Source of the DNA: Setoptus koraiensis
Taxonomy: Eukaryota; Animalia; Arthropoda
DNA: 64,000 bases
NCBI GenBank assembly: GCA_048013815.1
Contig: CM106586.1
Coordinates: 15,872,001-15,936,000 of the forward strand
Direction: 5' to 3'
Shown: in pieces, positions 39,404 through 51,056 of the stretch
Position numbering within the stretch: position 1 is the stretch's first letter
How the letters are laid out: the number at the start of each line of letters is the position of its first letter
Notes under the pieces: model-generated
The model's input: the letters and a program-made list of their open reading frames with translations, nothing else
Databases searched by the model: none
What the model was told of the DNA's origin: nothing
Program-made: the position numbers and the translations under genes

Positions 39404-39471
39404 TTAGATTACAACAATCAGTTGGCGGGCCCGCTTTCGGGTCGCTCGGGTCGCCCGGCCGCTCGGGCCGC

Positions 39472-41112
39472 TCAGGCCCCGAACGGGCGCCACAGCAGCT
39501 TCTTGTTGGCGGCGTTCTGCTGGCCGGGCGCCGATCTCGCCTGCTGCTGCTGGATATTCGTCTGCTGTTGCTGTTGTTGCTGCTGCTGTAGGTTTACTAT
39601 GTGCTGATGTTGTTGTTGCAACTGTTGCAAATGCTGCAGTTGGTGTATGTGGAGGTATTGTTGTTGTTGTTGGTGGTGATGTTCCTGCTGCTGCAGTTGG
39701 TTCAGGTGATGCTGCTGCGGATGCGGCGCTAATGGGTGTGGGAAATGGTGGTTGTTGTTGTTGTAATGTGATACAGGTGGCGGTGGCGATTGCTCCAATT
39801 TTAAGTGATGAATATTGTTTGTGAATTGTGTTGCTGTATGTGGTGGTGGTTGCTGTTGTTGCTGTTGTTGTGCTACCGGCGGTAATAGTGTTTGCGGTGG
39901 TGGTGAGTGTTTGTTGTTTTTGTATTTATTGTTGCTGCTGTTGCTATTGTTGTTGCTGCTGTTGTTGTGTTGGTTGATAGAATTGTTGCTGTTGTCTAAA
40001 TGTTGTTGTTGCTGGTTGTTGTTGGTTGACTGTGAATTGGTCAAATCGACGCTGGCGTCAACGCCAACATCGACGCTAATATCGTCGTCATAATCGTCAT
40101 TTTGGTCGTCGTTGCTGTCCTGGTCTCTATTATCTCTATCCATTTGTATACTGTTTGCGTTGTCTTGGTCGTCTCTGTCCTCATCGTGATCGTCGTCTTC
40201 GTCGTCGTCGTCGTCGCATCTATTTCTCGGTGACCAGGTCATTTTGTTTTCTTTTTTCAATCGTCGCCTGGCGTTCGCAAACCAAGTGCTAACCTGTGTG
40301 AGTGTCATATGTGTAACAACAGCCAAAAATACCTTCTCATTTTTGCTTGGGTACGGGTTCTTTCTGTGGCCGGCAAGCCACGATTTTAGCACCGATGTAG
40401 TTTCGCGCGTTGCGTTCTTACGGCGCGGACCCTGGGGCATTATGGGGCCCAAATGAAAGCCCGGCGGATAGGGGTAGCCGGGTGGAGTGCCAAAGGTGGC
40501 CATCATTGCTTGTGCCATATTGGCCGGTTGGTAGCCGCAAGTGGCGGCCGCAGCGAACGCTGCCATGTGCGAATCAAACGGGGCCATAGCTGCTAAAGAA
40601 TTGAGGCCTGGCGGGGGCGGTGCTGGACCGAGCGGCTGCGAATTTGGTTGGGGCGGTGGCGGCTGCGGCACGGGCCCGTTGGGTGCTGGCGGTGGCAGTG
40701 CGGTGAGCGCGGGCACGAGACCGGGTGGCACTAGGGGCGGCGACTGGTGTTGCAGTTGGTGATGTAGGTGGTGCAGGTTGTTGTGGTGGTTGTTGTTGTT
40801 GTTGTGATGCTGTTGTTGTTGCTGGTGAATTGTGCTGGGCGACAGTGGGTGGCTGTGACTCAGTTCGCTCAGGTGCAGGTGGCGGTTGTTGTGGTGGTTG
40901 TGGCTGTTGTTGTTGTGGCTGTTGTTGTTGTTGATGTTGTTGTTGTTGCTGTTGTTGATGTTGTTGCTGCTGTTGTTGCTGCTGTTGTTGCTACTGTTGT
41001 TGCTGTTGGGTGTGATGGGTTGTTGTGGGGCACTGCTACTTGTTGACGGCGACGTGGATGGCGTTGTGTCGTGTTGTTGTTGTTGCTGTGTTGGCTTTTG
41101 CTGGTGATGCAT
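39472..41112 (-). CDS. Irx: Iroquois-family (Irx) TALE-class homeodomain transcription factor, mirror-like, 546 aa, single uninterrupted ORF
   Basis: The translation contains [69 protein letters not shown]. It has the TALE PYP loop, helix 3 WFANARRR (Ala50) and the Irx-diagnostic RRKNATRE N-arm and LKKENKMTW tail. A GYPYP motif precedes it and an acidic tract follows, as in Irx proteins. ATG at 41112-41110, TGA at 39474-39472. The frame is open upstream to a TAG at 41274-41272 with no earlier ATG. Confidence 0.95.
   Translation of the reverse strand: MHHQQKPTQQQQQHDTTPSTSPSTSSSAPQQPITPNSNNSSNNSSNNSSNNINNSNNNNINNNNSHNNNSHNHHNNRHLHLSELSHSHPLSPSTIHQQQQQHHNNNNNHHNNLHHLHHQLQHQSPPLVPPGLVPALTALPPPAPNGPVPQPPPPQPNSQPLGPAPPPPGLNSLAAMAPFDSHMAAFAAAATCGYQPANMAQAMMATFGTPPGYPYPPGFHLGPIMPQGPRRKNATRETTSVLKSWLAGHRKNPYPSKNEKVFLAVVTHMTLTQVSTWFANARRRLKKENKMTWSPRNRCDDDDDEDDDHDEDRDDQDNANSIQMDRDNRDQDSNDDQNDDYDDDISVDVGVDASVDLTNSQSTNNNQQQQHLDNSNNSINQHNNSSNNNSNSSNNKYKNNKHSPPPQTLLPPVAQQQQQQQPPPHTATQFTNNIHHLKLEQSPPPPVSHYNNNNHHFPHPLAPHPQQHHLNQLQQQEHHHQQQQQYLHIHQLQHLQQLQQQHQHIVNLQQQQQQQQQTNIQQQQARSAPGQQNAANKKLLWRPFGA
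40237..40425 (-). other. 63-aa TALE homeodomain of the Irx CDS (aa 230-292)
   Basis: Codon mapping: the CGC (R) of RRKNAT begins at 40425 and the ACC (T) of KENKMT ends at 40237. Confidence 0.95.
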
Positions 41113-44100
41113 TGATGTCTGCTGGGCACTGGGCCTCTGACTCGAAGCGGCGCGCGATACGACGTTCGAGGCTGGCCTATAAAAGCTGTGTGTGCTGTGC
41201 GTGCGAATATCCGCCGATTTCTCTGTCTGCTGTCGTCTGCGCGTTCTGTCTATGTCTTGTCTATATCGTGTCTATGTCTTGTCTATATCTTGTCTATATC
41301 TTGTCTATATCATCTATGCGCTCTATGTGGTCTGTTTACGGTCTATATATCGCTGTCATAAGTTGTTGTTGTGTTTGGTTGTTGTCGCGGTTGGTTGTGT
41401 GTCGCTGGTTGTTGCGTCGCGGTTGGTTGTTGTGTGACGTTGGTAGTTGTTGGTTGTTGTGTGTCGGTGTATCAATTGTTGCGGCTGCCGTACGCTTGTT
41501 GGCCGTGTCTACGTGCCGTGTTGTGGCGCTGGCGGGTTGCAGCGGGTTGTTGCTGGTAGTTGCAGGTAGTTGCTGGTAGTTGCAGCGGGTTGTTGCTGGT
41601 TGTTGTCGGTAGTAGGTTGTCGGTAGTGGGTTGTCGGTTGTAGGCTGTGCAGTAGGTAGTGCAGTAGGTAGTGCAGTTTGCAGTTGCGAGTAGTTGACGC
41701 GACGCGGCCCGAATAACGAGTGACGCTGTGCCAGACCGAGTTCAATTGGCGCTGTGTGTGTGTGTGTGTGTGTGTTGTACATATGTTATAGTTGTTCGGC
41801 TGGTTGTTGATTGTTGTTGGCCGTTGTTAACATGTGTACTTCTTTTACTGCGCATTACATACAAAAGTACAAATGCTCACTGTGTTTACATGATAAGAAG
41901 CACATGTAAAGCTGTGTTCGCTATTTGCTATCCACTGTGTACTACACAATGCTACACTCTATACTTGTTTTGCGCACTTTCAAACACACACTCACAACAC
42001 TTATTCGCTTGTTTGCGCATCCAACGCGCGCACCCACCTTCGCTACCAGCGTTCGCAGTTCGCCGCAGTTCGCCATTCGAGCGTCGCTGTTCGGCGTTCG
42101 AACGTTCGCTGTTCGGCATTCGAACGTTCGCTGTTCGCAGCTGCGACTTTGGCCCTGCGAACGTTCGCTGTTAGAACGTTCGCTGCTCGCCCTGCGCTCC
42201 CGCGACGCTCGCCGTTCGATCGCTCGCCGCTCGAACGGCGCAGCGCTGGCCGGCCGAAGCCGCCAACGTTCGACGCCGCGACGCTCCGTGTTGCAACTTG
42301 CGACTTGGAACCCAAGACAGCGACCGCTTGTAGCCACACAAGACACAATTGGCAACTCGCAACACAATTGTGCCGGTTGTTTGTACCAGTGTGTACAAAC
42401 ATCGACACAACATCGCTTGTCACTGGCGGCACAGTTGCGCACACATTGGCAACTATCGCGCTTGTGGCGCCACCTCGACGGCGCGCCGGCAACTACTTTT
42501 TGCCACTATATTAGGGCCATCATTATAGACTATTACAGCTAGTTGGCAGCTAGTCGGCGATATCCGATTGGCCGTATATCCGCCGTGTATCCGCCGTATA
42601 TCTCCCTGTCTCGTTATTAGCTGGCAATTGTTTGGTGGGGGCTAATTGTCAGCAATTGCGACATTTGCGGTGATATATGCAACTGCTCTGGCAACATCGT
42701 CAGCGTGCAAGTGTACGCATTGACACTATCAGTGGTATCATCGATGGTATTGTTGATGGCATTAAATTAATTATTAATATCGTCGGCGATGCTGCGAGCA
42801 TTGTTATTAGCTTAATAGTTTCAATAACAATATTATTAATATTGTTAATATTGTTAATATTATCAGTATTGTTAATATCGGTGGTGCTGCTGTTGTTTTC
42901 GTGGGTGCGTCGGCGTTATCAGCCGCTCATCGGCGTGTATCGGCTGCATATTGGCTGGCTGGCTGGTATTGGTGTCGACGAGCGGCGAGATCGTACGATA
43001 TGGCGTCGACGACGACACCGTCGTCAGCCCGATACGACCACCGACAAATGTTTGCAATGTTATCTGGCTGCTCGCGGCTTTATCCGGCGACGACGACGAC
43101 GACGCCAACAACAACAACAACAACCACTTATCACAATTTACAATTTATAACTTCTTCTTATAACTTGTGACTTGCCACTTTGAGTGGCTTGTGAGCCATT
43201 GCCAGCCTGCCAGCCGATGGCGGCGGCACCAGCAGCAGCGATAATAAAATAAATCTATCTCGTAAACGATGATTGGATGATTGGCGCGGCTCGGCGCGGC
43301 TCGACGAGCTAACAGTTGATTAGTTGTGTTGTTTTGCGGGCGACAACACAACTTGTTGCTGTTGCTGGCGATTATCGGCTGCAGTTATTAGCTGCAGCAG
43401 CTGACGACGCGATACGAAGCTACCATTTAGACAGACTTGTATTGTGTGTGTGTGTGTCTCACAATTGTCAGATCGCAACACGACTCGGCAGCAACAACAA
43501 CAGCGACAACCAACCAGCAACAACAACAGCGACAACCAACAACAACGACAGCGACAACCAACAACAACGACAGCGACAACGACAACAACCGCACCAACAA
43601 CAATCAAACAAATGTCGAAGCAAACAATCGGCCCATGAGCGACACACAAGATGAATTATGAGACGAGATAAAGATCGCTGCACAAGCAGCTAATCAATTG
43701 TTGTTGTCGTTGTTGTCGTTGCTGTTGCGGTTGGTTGTGATAAGTCGACTTTAAGAGGCTCGATAAACAACAACAAACAAACATAATATCAATAATGTAC
43801 AATGTCGACTAGTTAGCTGGCTCTCGGCGAGCCGCTTCCCATTAACAATTGATCTGTTTGTAAATATAGGACTGTTTGTCAGTCGCTGGCTAGACTGCCT
43901 TTAGCATACTTTGCTGGATATTTGCTGCTTATGTTTGTATGTTTGAAATATAAGTGTACACACGTATGTGGCATGTATATTAATTCAGGCGAGGGGATAA
44001 TTCATTAGCGAACACACACACAGCCAAGCTACTAATCATCGCGCTCGCCACGATAATGGCGCCGCGCAGCCAGTTGCGACGACAACAGCAGCAGCAGCGA

Positions 44101-45685
44101 CAACCATACCAACAACAACAACGACAACCATACCAACAACAACAACGACAACCATACTAATAACAACAACAACTCGACAGAGTGTGTTGGTGTTGAATGC
44201 AAAACTCGCTGACGATAACCATGGCAACGTATACGTAACATGCTCATTGTTTGTTTGTTTCTCTGTCTCGCGTCTCATCAGCGGCTCATCGTGGCCGGCT
44301 GATGTGACATGCCGAGCTCGTGAGTGACAGCGCTGACAGTGGCACCGGCAACAAAAAGTTTGTACAAAGTTGAATTTGAGCAAAGTAATTAAAATGTTGC
44401 CAGCTACCTCTAATTACACAGAGATAGCTCGCCAATGCTGGTCACCTCGCTGTTATTGTCGTTATTGTGGGCCAACAGTCACTGTTCAACAGTGACTGTT
44501 GGTTGGCCGACAATAACGACAACGACGCAAGTGAGTGTGTGTGCATAATTGCAGATACAATTGCGCTGATAACATGTCAACTAGGCGGATATTACGTACG
44601 ATATCATTACAATTGCACATTATTAGTTAGTTAGTTAGTTGTTGTCTCCTTTTATCGTCTTGTTGTTCCACTCGGCACGCTCACAAGCCGCTCACTAGCT
44701 CGTGCCCAAACAAACCACTCAAGCTCACAAAACGATGCACTGTTGAGTCAACACGATCATCGCGCAATTCTTGTCGCTCACATAGTGCGCTCACCTCAGG
44801 TGACTCACCTGTCTCACCTGTGCACTATATTTAGGCATACATTGCACGTTATATCATGTACACGTTACATGTTAGACGTTATTTAGTGCGTGAGTGTGGC
44901 CTGCATGTGACGTGACCGGCGCACGGACGCGCATAATGCGGACAGTATAGTGCGGACAAAGTGCGGACACCGCGGGCGCTGCGGACAATTTAGTGCGGAC
45001 ACAGTGCGGATAAAATGCGGACAAAATGCGGATAAAATGCGGACATAATGCGGATAAAATGTGCATGATGCGCGGACAGCGCGCGCCGTTGCCATGGTTT
45101 TGCCACGGTTTCGCGGGTTTAGCCGGCTTTGCGGGTTTCGCGGGTTTCGCGGGTTTCGCCAGCTTTGCGGGTTTTGCCGGATCGGCCGGTTTTGCCGGAT
45201 CGGCCGGTTTTGCGTAATTGGCACGGGCGGCGGGATGCGAGCGTTATCAATTGTCACCTCGCTCCAGCAGGCGCCACTATCGCTCATCTTGGTGGGCCTG
45301 TGTTGCGCTGCATCGTTGGTATCATTGGCGTTGTTGCTGCTGTCGTTGTTGTCGTTATTCGCGTTGTTGTCGTTGTTGTTGGTGTTGTCGTTGTTGGCGC
45401 TGTTGGCGCTGTTGGCGTTATCCAACCGACTGGTTATCTGGCGCTCGATCTAGCGCAAACCACTCGTCGTTGTCAGTGGCTAAATCGGCCATTTAGCGAT
45501 TGTTTGTCTGTTTGCCTGCCCTCTGTCGAGCGCAGTCCGACGGGCAGCGATTGTTTGCGACGCGATCCACGGCAGCCCTTGAATAGTGAAACAATGGTGC
45601 GTCTGACCGAGCCGATCAAGTGCATCCAATGCGTCTAATCGTCAAATCGTCAGCGCATCAGATGCATCGAGTCGTCAGCGCGTCA

Positions 45686-45776
45686 AATGTATCAAATCGT
45701 CGGAGTTTCAGATGCGCCAAATGTATCAAAATGTATCAAATGTATCAAACGTATCAAATGCATCAAATGTATCAAT
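45686..45776. repeat. 9-10-bp repeat with core AATGTATCAA (5 exact and 2 variant copies)
   Basis: Exact copies start at 45686, 45720, 45730, 45739 and 45766. Confidence 0.9.
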
Positions 45777-46610
45777 GCATCAGTGCACCAAACGCATCGC
45801 ACGCCGGCGCGTCCAATCGCCGGCGCGTCAAGTGTATCAAATGGTCGGCGTATCGGCGAGTCACGAGCGCGGCATTAGCGTCGAGATTAGCGCTGATATT
45901 AGCAGACACAATTAAACGGCGTATGCAAATTGTATCTGTTTGCGCTTGTCATACAACAACAACAACAACAACAATACAAGTATAATAATAATAATGATAA
46001 TAAGACGACAAGTGCACAAGTTGCGCTGTTGCGCTGGTGCGGCGGTGCGCGGTGCGGCGGTGCGGTTGTTCGGCTGGCGGCGACGCTGGCGCCACCGAGC
46101 GGCGGGCCGCGCCAAGCTGCAGTTTTCAGTGGTGCCACAATTGCGCTGTCCGACATTGCAGTGTTGGGCCCGACTTTGGCCATCTTCACAATAATTACAA
46201 TAATCATGATAATCATTATAATCATTATAATAATGGCCGGCCGTGATCATTGGGCATGTCATTAGCGTCACTGGCGCGCTCATAAATGGCTCACGGCAGA
46301 CGGATAAATCGAAATGGATCGAGCCAATTTGCATTTGGCATATTGTTTGCGTCTAGCCAGCTCACAGCGGCCAATTGGCTGCTTCGAATTTGCACTTGGC
46401 GCGCTCTAAACCGGCCCAATATGCCCCACAATATTATTGGCCAATAATATCATACCAATAATAATAATAATAATCGTACCAATAGTAATAATATACTCGC
46501 CATACTCATCATTGTCAATCGGCTGTTGCCGGTTGTGCGAGTGTTGGTTGTGTCCATTTGCTCGTCTCTGCGTGTACTCGGCGCTGGTATTTGGTCGTGT
46601 TTGGTTGTGT

Positions 46611-46716
46611 TTGGCTGTAGTTGGCTGTAGTTGGTTGTAGTTGGTTGTAGTTGGTTGTAGTTGGTTGTAGTTGGCTGTAGTTGGCTGTAGTTGGCTGTAG
46701 TTGGCTGTAGTTGGCT
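46611..46716. repeat. Tandem repeat, 10-bp unit TTGG(C/T)TGTAG x10
   Basis: Read directly from the sequence. Confidence 0.9.
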
Positions 46717-49700
46717 GGCATTCGGTTGTGTCTGGTGGTGTCTGGTGGCATGCGTTTAATGCCGGTTGGTGGCGTGCGGCGGTAGTATATTGGTTGCAGA
46801 TGGACGCCAATTACACAGTTGCCAGTTGTGGTGACACTCGCGCGACACTGTCGTGCCCAAATGCCCAAAATGCCCAAAACAACAGCGACAAGCGTCGCTG
46901 TTTAGTTTGGGCAATACAACAATACCCCGCTAATCTAATATAAATTAATGTCCGGCGCATATGTTTGTCATCACCGGACGGCCGCAATCGCCCCCCGAAC
47001 ATCGCGCCCAAACTTGGCAAAACTGCGCCCCCAAACGGCGGGCCACAAATAGCCGGTCGGGGTTAATGGTGCTCACTCGATTGGGAGTCATTGAAACCGA
47101 AAATGACTGTGTTTGGGTCCATTAGCCACTCCGCTGGGCACTGTCGCTAAAACCGCAGCAAGCGAGTTGGTCGTCGGCTCGGGTTGGTCGTCGGCTCGGG
47201 CTGGTCGTTGGCTCGGGTTAGTCGCATCATTAGACGCCACTAATGAGCTGGCGCCATCACTCATCAAGTCGTGCTTGACGTCCGCTAATTAGATTATGAC
47301 ATCGAGCTGCCACTCGCCGGCCACTCACAACAATGGCGACACGACAAGACACAAGCAAACAAACAAACAAATTCACATTGTGTACACTTGCCAATTACTG
47401 CCACAATTAACGGTCCCGACTCGGCACTGCCGAGACGCCCAACAGCGACCGCAGCGCCGTTTCGCAGCCGCCGAGTCGCCGTTTCGCAGCCGCCGAGTCG
47501 CCGTTTTGCAGTGGCCGTTTTGCAGTCGCCGGGCGACCGGGCGGCCGGGCGATCGAGCGGCCCGCGACAAGTGCAACAATTGCTGTGCCGCCAACACCTC
47601 GCCACAAATGGGCCAATATCGCACGCTGCCCGCGCACACTGTTCACACTATGCACAATATTTTGCTCAAAACTCGACGAAATTCGGCGACGTTCGGCGAC
47701 GTTCGGCGACGTTCGGCGACATTCGGCAATCGCTAGCAATATTCGGCTAGCGAATAAGTGACGCAACAGCGTCGATTGGCCACTCGCACAAACCGCGCGC
47801 CCAGTGCAACGGCCCACTTCCGGTCGGTCGAATCAATTCGACGACAACGAGAGGCTGTCCGAGCAACAGATATCAGGTTGTCAGTGGTGGTCGAGTATCG
47901 ATTTTATCGCCGATAGCGGCCGTATCTCGCTAATTCAATCATCACTTGACAACTTGGCCACTTGAGCGCTTGTTCACTTGTGTGTTTGTGCTTGTTTGTT
48001 GCTTGTTTGTAATTGATATTATTATTACTATCGCTATTATTATCATGGCCATTATTGCTATCGCCACTATTATTGCCATTATTACTGACAATTGCGAACG
48101 CAAACAAATGCGATTGCCCAACTGGCATTGTCAATTGCACCACTCGTCTAAATGTGGCGCTGGCTGGCTCATCGTCGTCTCGTCGCCTATCTCGCAAACA
48201 AAATCCCAATATCTCAGATATTGCGATTTTGTCCTGTTTTCTGGCCAGATCTGCCAGATCGCGGCCCGTATCTGGCCAAATCTGTGCTGCTATCTGGCCA
48301 AATCTGTGCTGCTATCTGGCAAGAGTATCTGGCTCTCAACAATGTCTCACTTGCCATTGGCGCGTCTTGACTCGTATCGTGCAATCCGCTGATAATCGCA
48401 TCGGCTCATAATCACAACTAACAATGCCAGCGAGCCGGCGAGCGTGACTCGCTCAATCTCGGCAACATGTCAGCCAAGATTGCGACCCTCTAATACGTCT
48501 AATAAGACTAATGCGGCGCTATCTAGTTGTTAACGAGATAGCGGTTATCGCGATGACTTCGCCACAATGCCGCCCTCGTCGCTCCTGTTCCACTGGGTGT
48601 GCCACTTTTCGCCCGCGTGCCGCTCCTGTGCCGCTCCGTGCCGCCTCCGTGCCGCCTCCGTGCCGCCTCTGTGCCGCCTTCGTGCGTCTTGCCGGACGGC
48701 CGGCCAATTGCAGCAAGACGGCGCGCAGAGCATGTAAAGTTATTTATTAGTTGCGCAATTAGTTGTCCAGTGACGATGCGCTCGCTCGGCGGCGAGACTC
48801 GACTGCGCGCGGCACAGCGGTCGCGGCGGACGAGCTGCGCAGCTTGGCAGAGCCGTTTGTTTGTTTGTCGTAACGCTCGGCTCGGCGCTGTCATGGCGAC
48901 CGGCTTATGACAAGTTGCTCGCGAGTCGCAACAACAAGCCAGCTAATGCACGACAAGTGGTGGTTGTAGCTTGTTGTTGCCTCTGTCGTTGTTGTTGTTG
49001 CCTCTGTCGTTGTTGTTGTTGCCTCTGCTGTTGTTGTTGTTGTTGGCGCTGTAGTTGGCGTTGTTGCGCTGTTGTTGTTGTTGGCGTCGTTGGCGCTGTT
49101 GCGCTGCTGTTGTTGGCGCGGTTGTGCTGTTGTTGGCGTCGTTGCGCTGTTGTTGCGCTGCTGTTGCGCTGCTGTTGTCCTATATCGGCAATGGCGTGTC
49201 GTGTGTGTTACACATATAGTATGGTTACACATAAACGAGTGTAGTTGTTGTGTTGTAGTAGTGCGTTAAATTGCCAACTGACAACTGTGACCGAACGGCC
49301 GGCCGGCCGGCCTGTCACTAATGCTGGCGGCGACCGCAGCGCGGCGCTCAATCATAAATAATTCAAGGCACACATGGAGATAATGCGAGTCACATTGTGC
49401 CAGTCACACACACCAAAATGATAAATTGTTTCAATTAATCTAAATAGCGATAGACTCCATTCCATCGTCTATTGAGTCTTGTTAGTAGAGAGAGAGCAAA
49501 ATTTGCATTTAATGCCACTCAACGACGAGGCCATTGGATGGCTGTTGCGCAACACATTTAATTACCTTTGTGTGTCGTTTGTTTGTTTGTCGAAAGCTGC
49601 TGGCACAAGTTGCGCCACTGGCAACTTGTGAGAGTGCGGATCAAGTATGCAAATTGCAAGAGCAGCCATTGCGCAACAGCGTGTATCATCAATTAAGTGA

Positions 49701-51025
49701 AGCCTCTTTACACTATAAAGACACTATAAAACAACAACAACAACAACAACAACAAAAGTCAAAAGTCTCTCTCACAGTCGTCGACTTGCTCATTTGTTTG
49801 TGCGTTCGCCACTCCGTCTGTACGACACACTCGGCAGCTTGTTGTTGCACTCGCCAAATACAAATACAGATGTAAATCGCAAATTAAAAGAATCACAAGC
49901 CCAAACTAATTAACAGCTGACTGCGCTGGCTCATTTACAGACCGGCCGGTCAGTCTCTAACAAATCTTGTCAATCTGACAACTGCAGCCAGTGGACGCAA
50001 CTGCGAGCTGGCCACTGACTCGCTGCGCGTTGCGCAACAACTACGTGAGAAAGCGCCGCCACCGACCGACCCACCGACCGACCCACCGACCGACCCACCG
50101 ACCGACCGACCGACAAGCCAGAAATGAGACGCTCGCTGTGCCGTTTGCGCACAGTCGCCGCCAGCGCGCAATTTGGCCCGGCGACAGCTCGGCGACAACT
50201 CGGCGCTCCCGCCTATCGGGCGACCCGCCGACCCGCCCACGCGGCGACCCGACGATGCGGCGACCCGATGATCTGACAATGAGGCGACGCGGCGAAAAGT
50301 GAGCTCGCGGCGCGGGCGTGCGGCCAGTAGCGCACTTGTTGGTCGGGCGCGCCGCAAGCGGTGACATCTCTGCTCTTTTGTTTATTAGCGCCCGTGATTG
50401 AGACGCGGTCGGGTCCCGGTCGCGAGCTTGCAGTCGGGCACTCGGCGCGGCTCCGGCGCCGCTTCGATGCGTATTCAGTGAGGCTTCGGCGCCGCTTCGA
50501 TGCGGATTCAGTGAGGCTTCGGGGGCTGCCAACGGGCCGGCAGCGCGAGCGGAAGAGCCGCAGACGACGGGAGACGCCCCTGGCGTGTGTCCGACGACTA
50601 TTTCGGCTGTCCGGCGGTGGTGGCCGGCCATTGGCGCAAACAGGCGAGCAGTTTATGTGAGTTGTATGTGCGCAAACTGTGCGCTGGCTGCATATAAAGC
50701 GACAGATGATGAGAGATAAAACGACGATGAGATGCAGATAAGTTTTCGAAAAAACGACCACGACAACAGCCAACAAGCGAGCGACATCGAGAGACAACTC
50801 GAACTCAATTCTCGATCTTGTTCTCTTATCTCGCTTGCCAATCTGGCTGCTTTGTCGCGTCGCCAGCTGTAACTGGCAGCCTGTGCGTTGGCTGTCGAAC
50901 GCTTCGCTCGAGCCTCGTCTCTCGATGGAGCGTCGTCCTCTCGACAACGTCGTTTGTGCGCACTGTGGCTCGCATCTAGTCTACACTGACAACAACAGCA
51001 GCAACAGCAGCAACAGCAACAACAA

Positions 51026-51056
<31 letters not shown>

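Noticed and set aside
40244-41129. Plus-strand ORFs antisense to Irx
   Set aside because: They are shadows of the repetitive codons of the real minus-strand CDS.
41178-41185. TATAAAAG 66 bp from the Irx ATG
   Set aside because: It is on the plus strand, the wrong orientation for Irx, and has no Inr at the expected distance, so it cannot be supported as a promoter.
41779-41837. Two ACAnnTGT (Mirror/Irx-type) sites upstream of Irx, suggesting autoregulation
   Set aside because: The 6-informative-base motif is expected often in this ACA/TGT-rich sequence.
44623-44638. (TTAG)4 resembling the arthropod telomeric repeat
   Set aside because: The unit is TTAG, not TTAGG, and the tract is very short.
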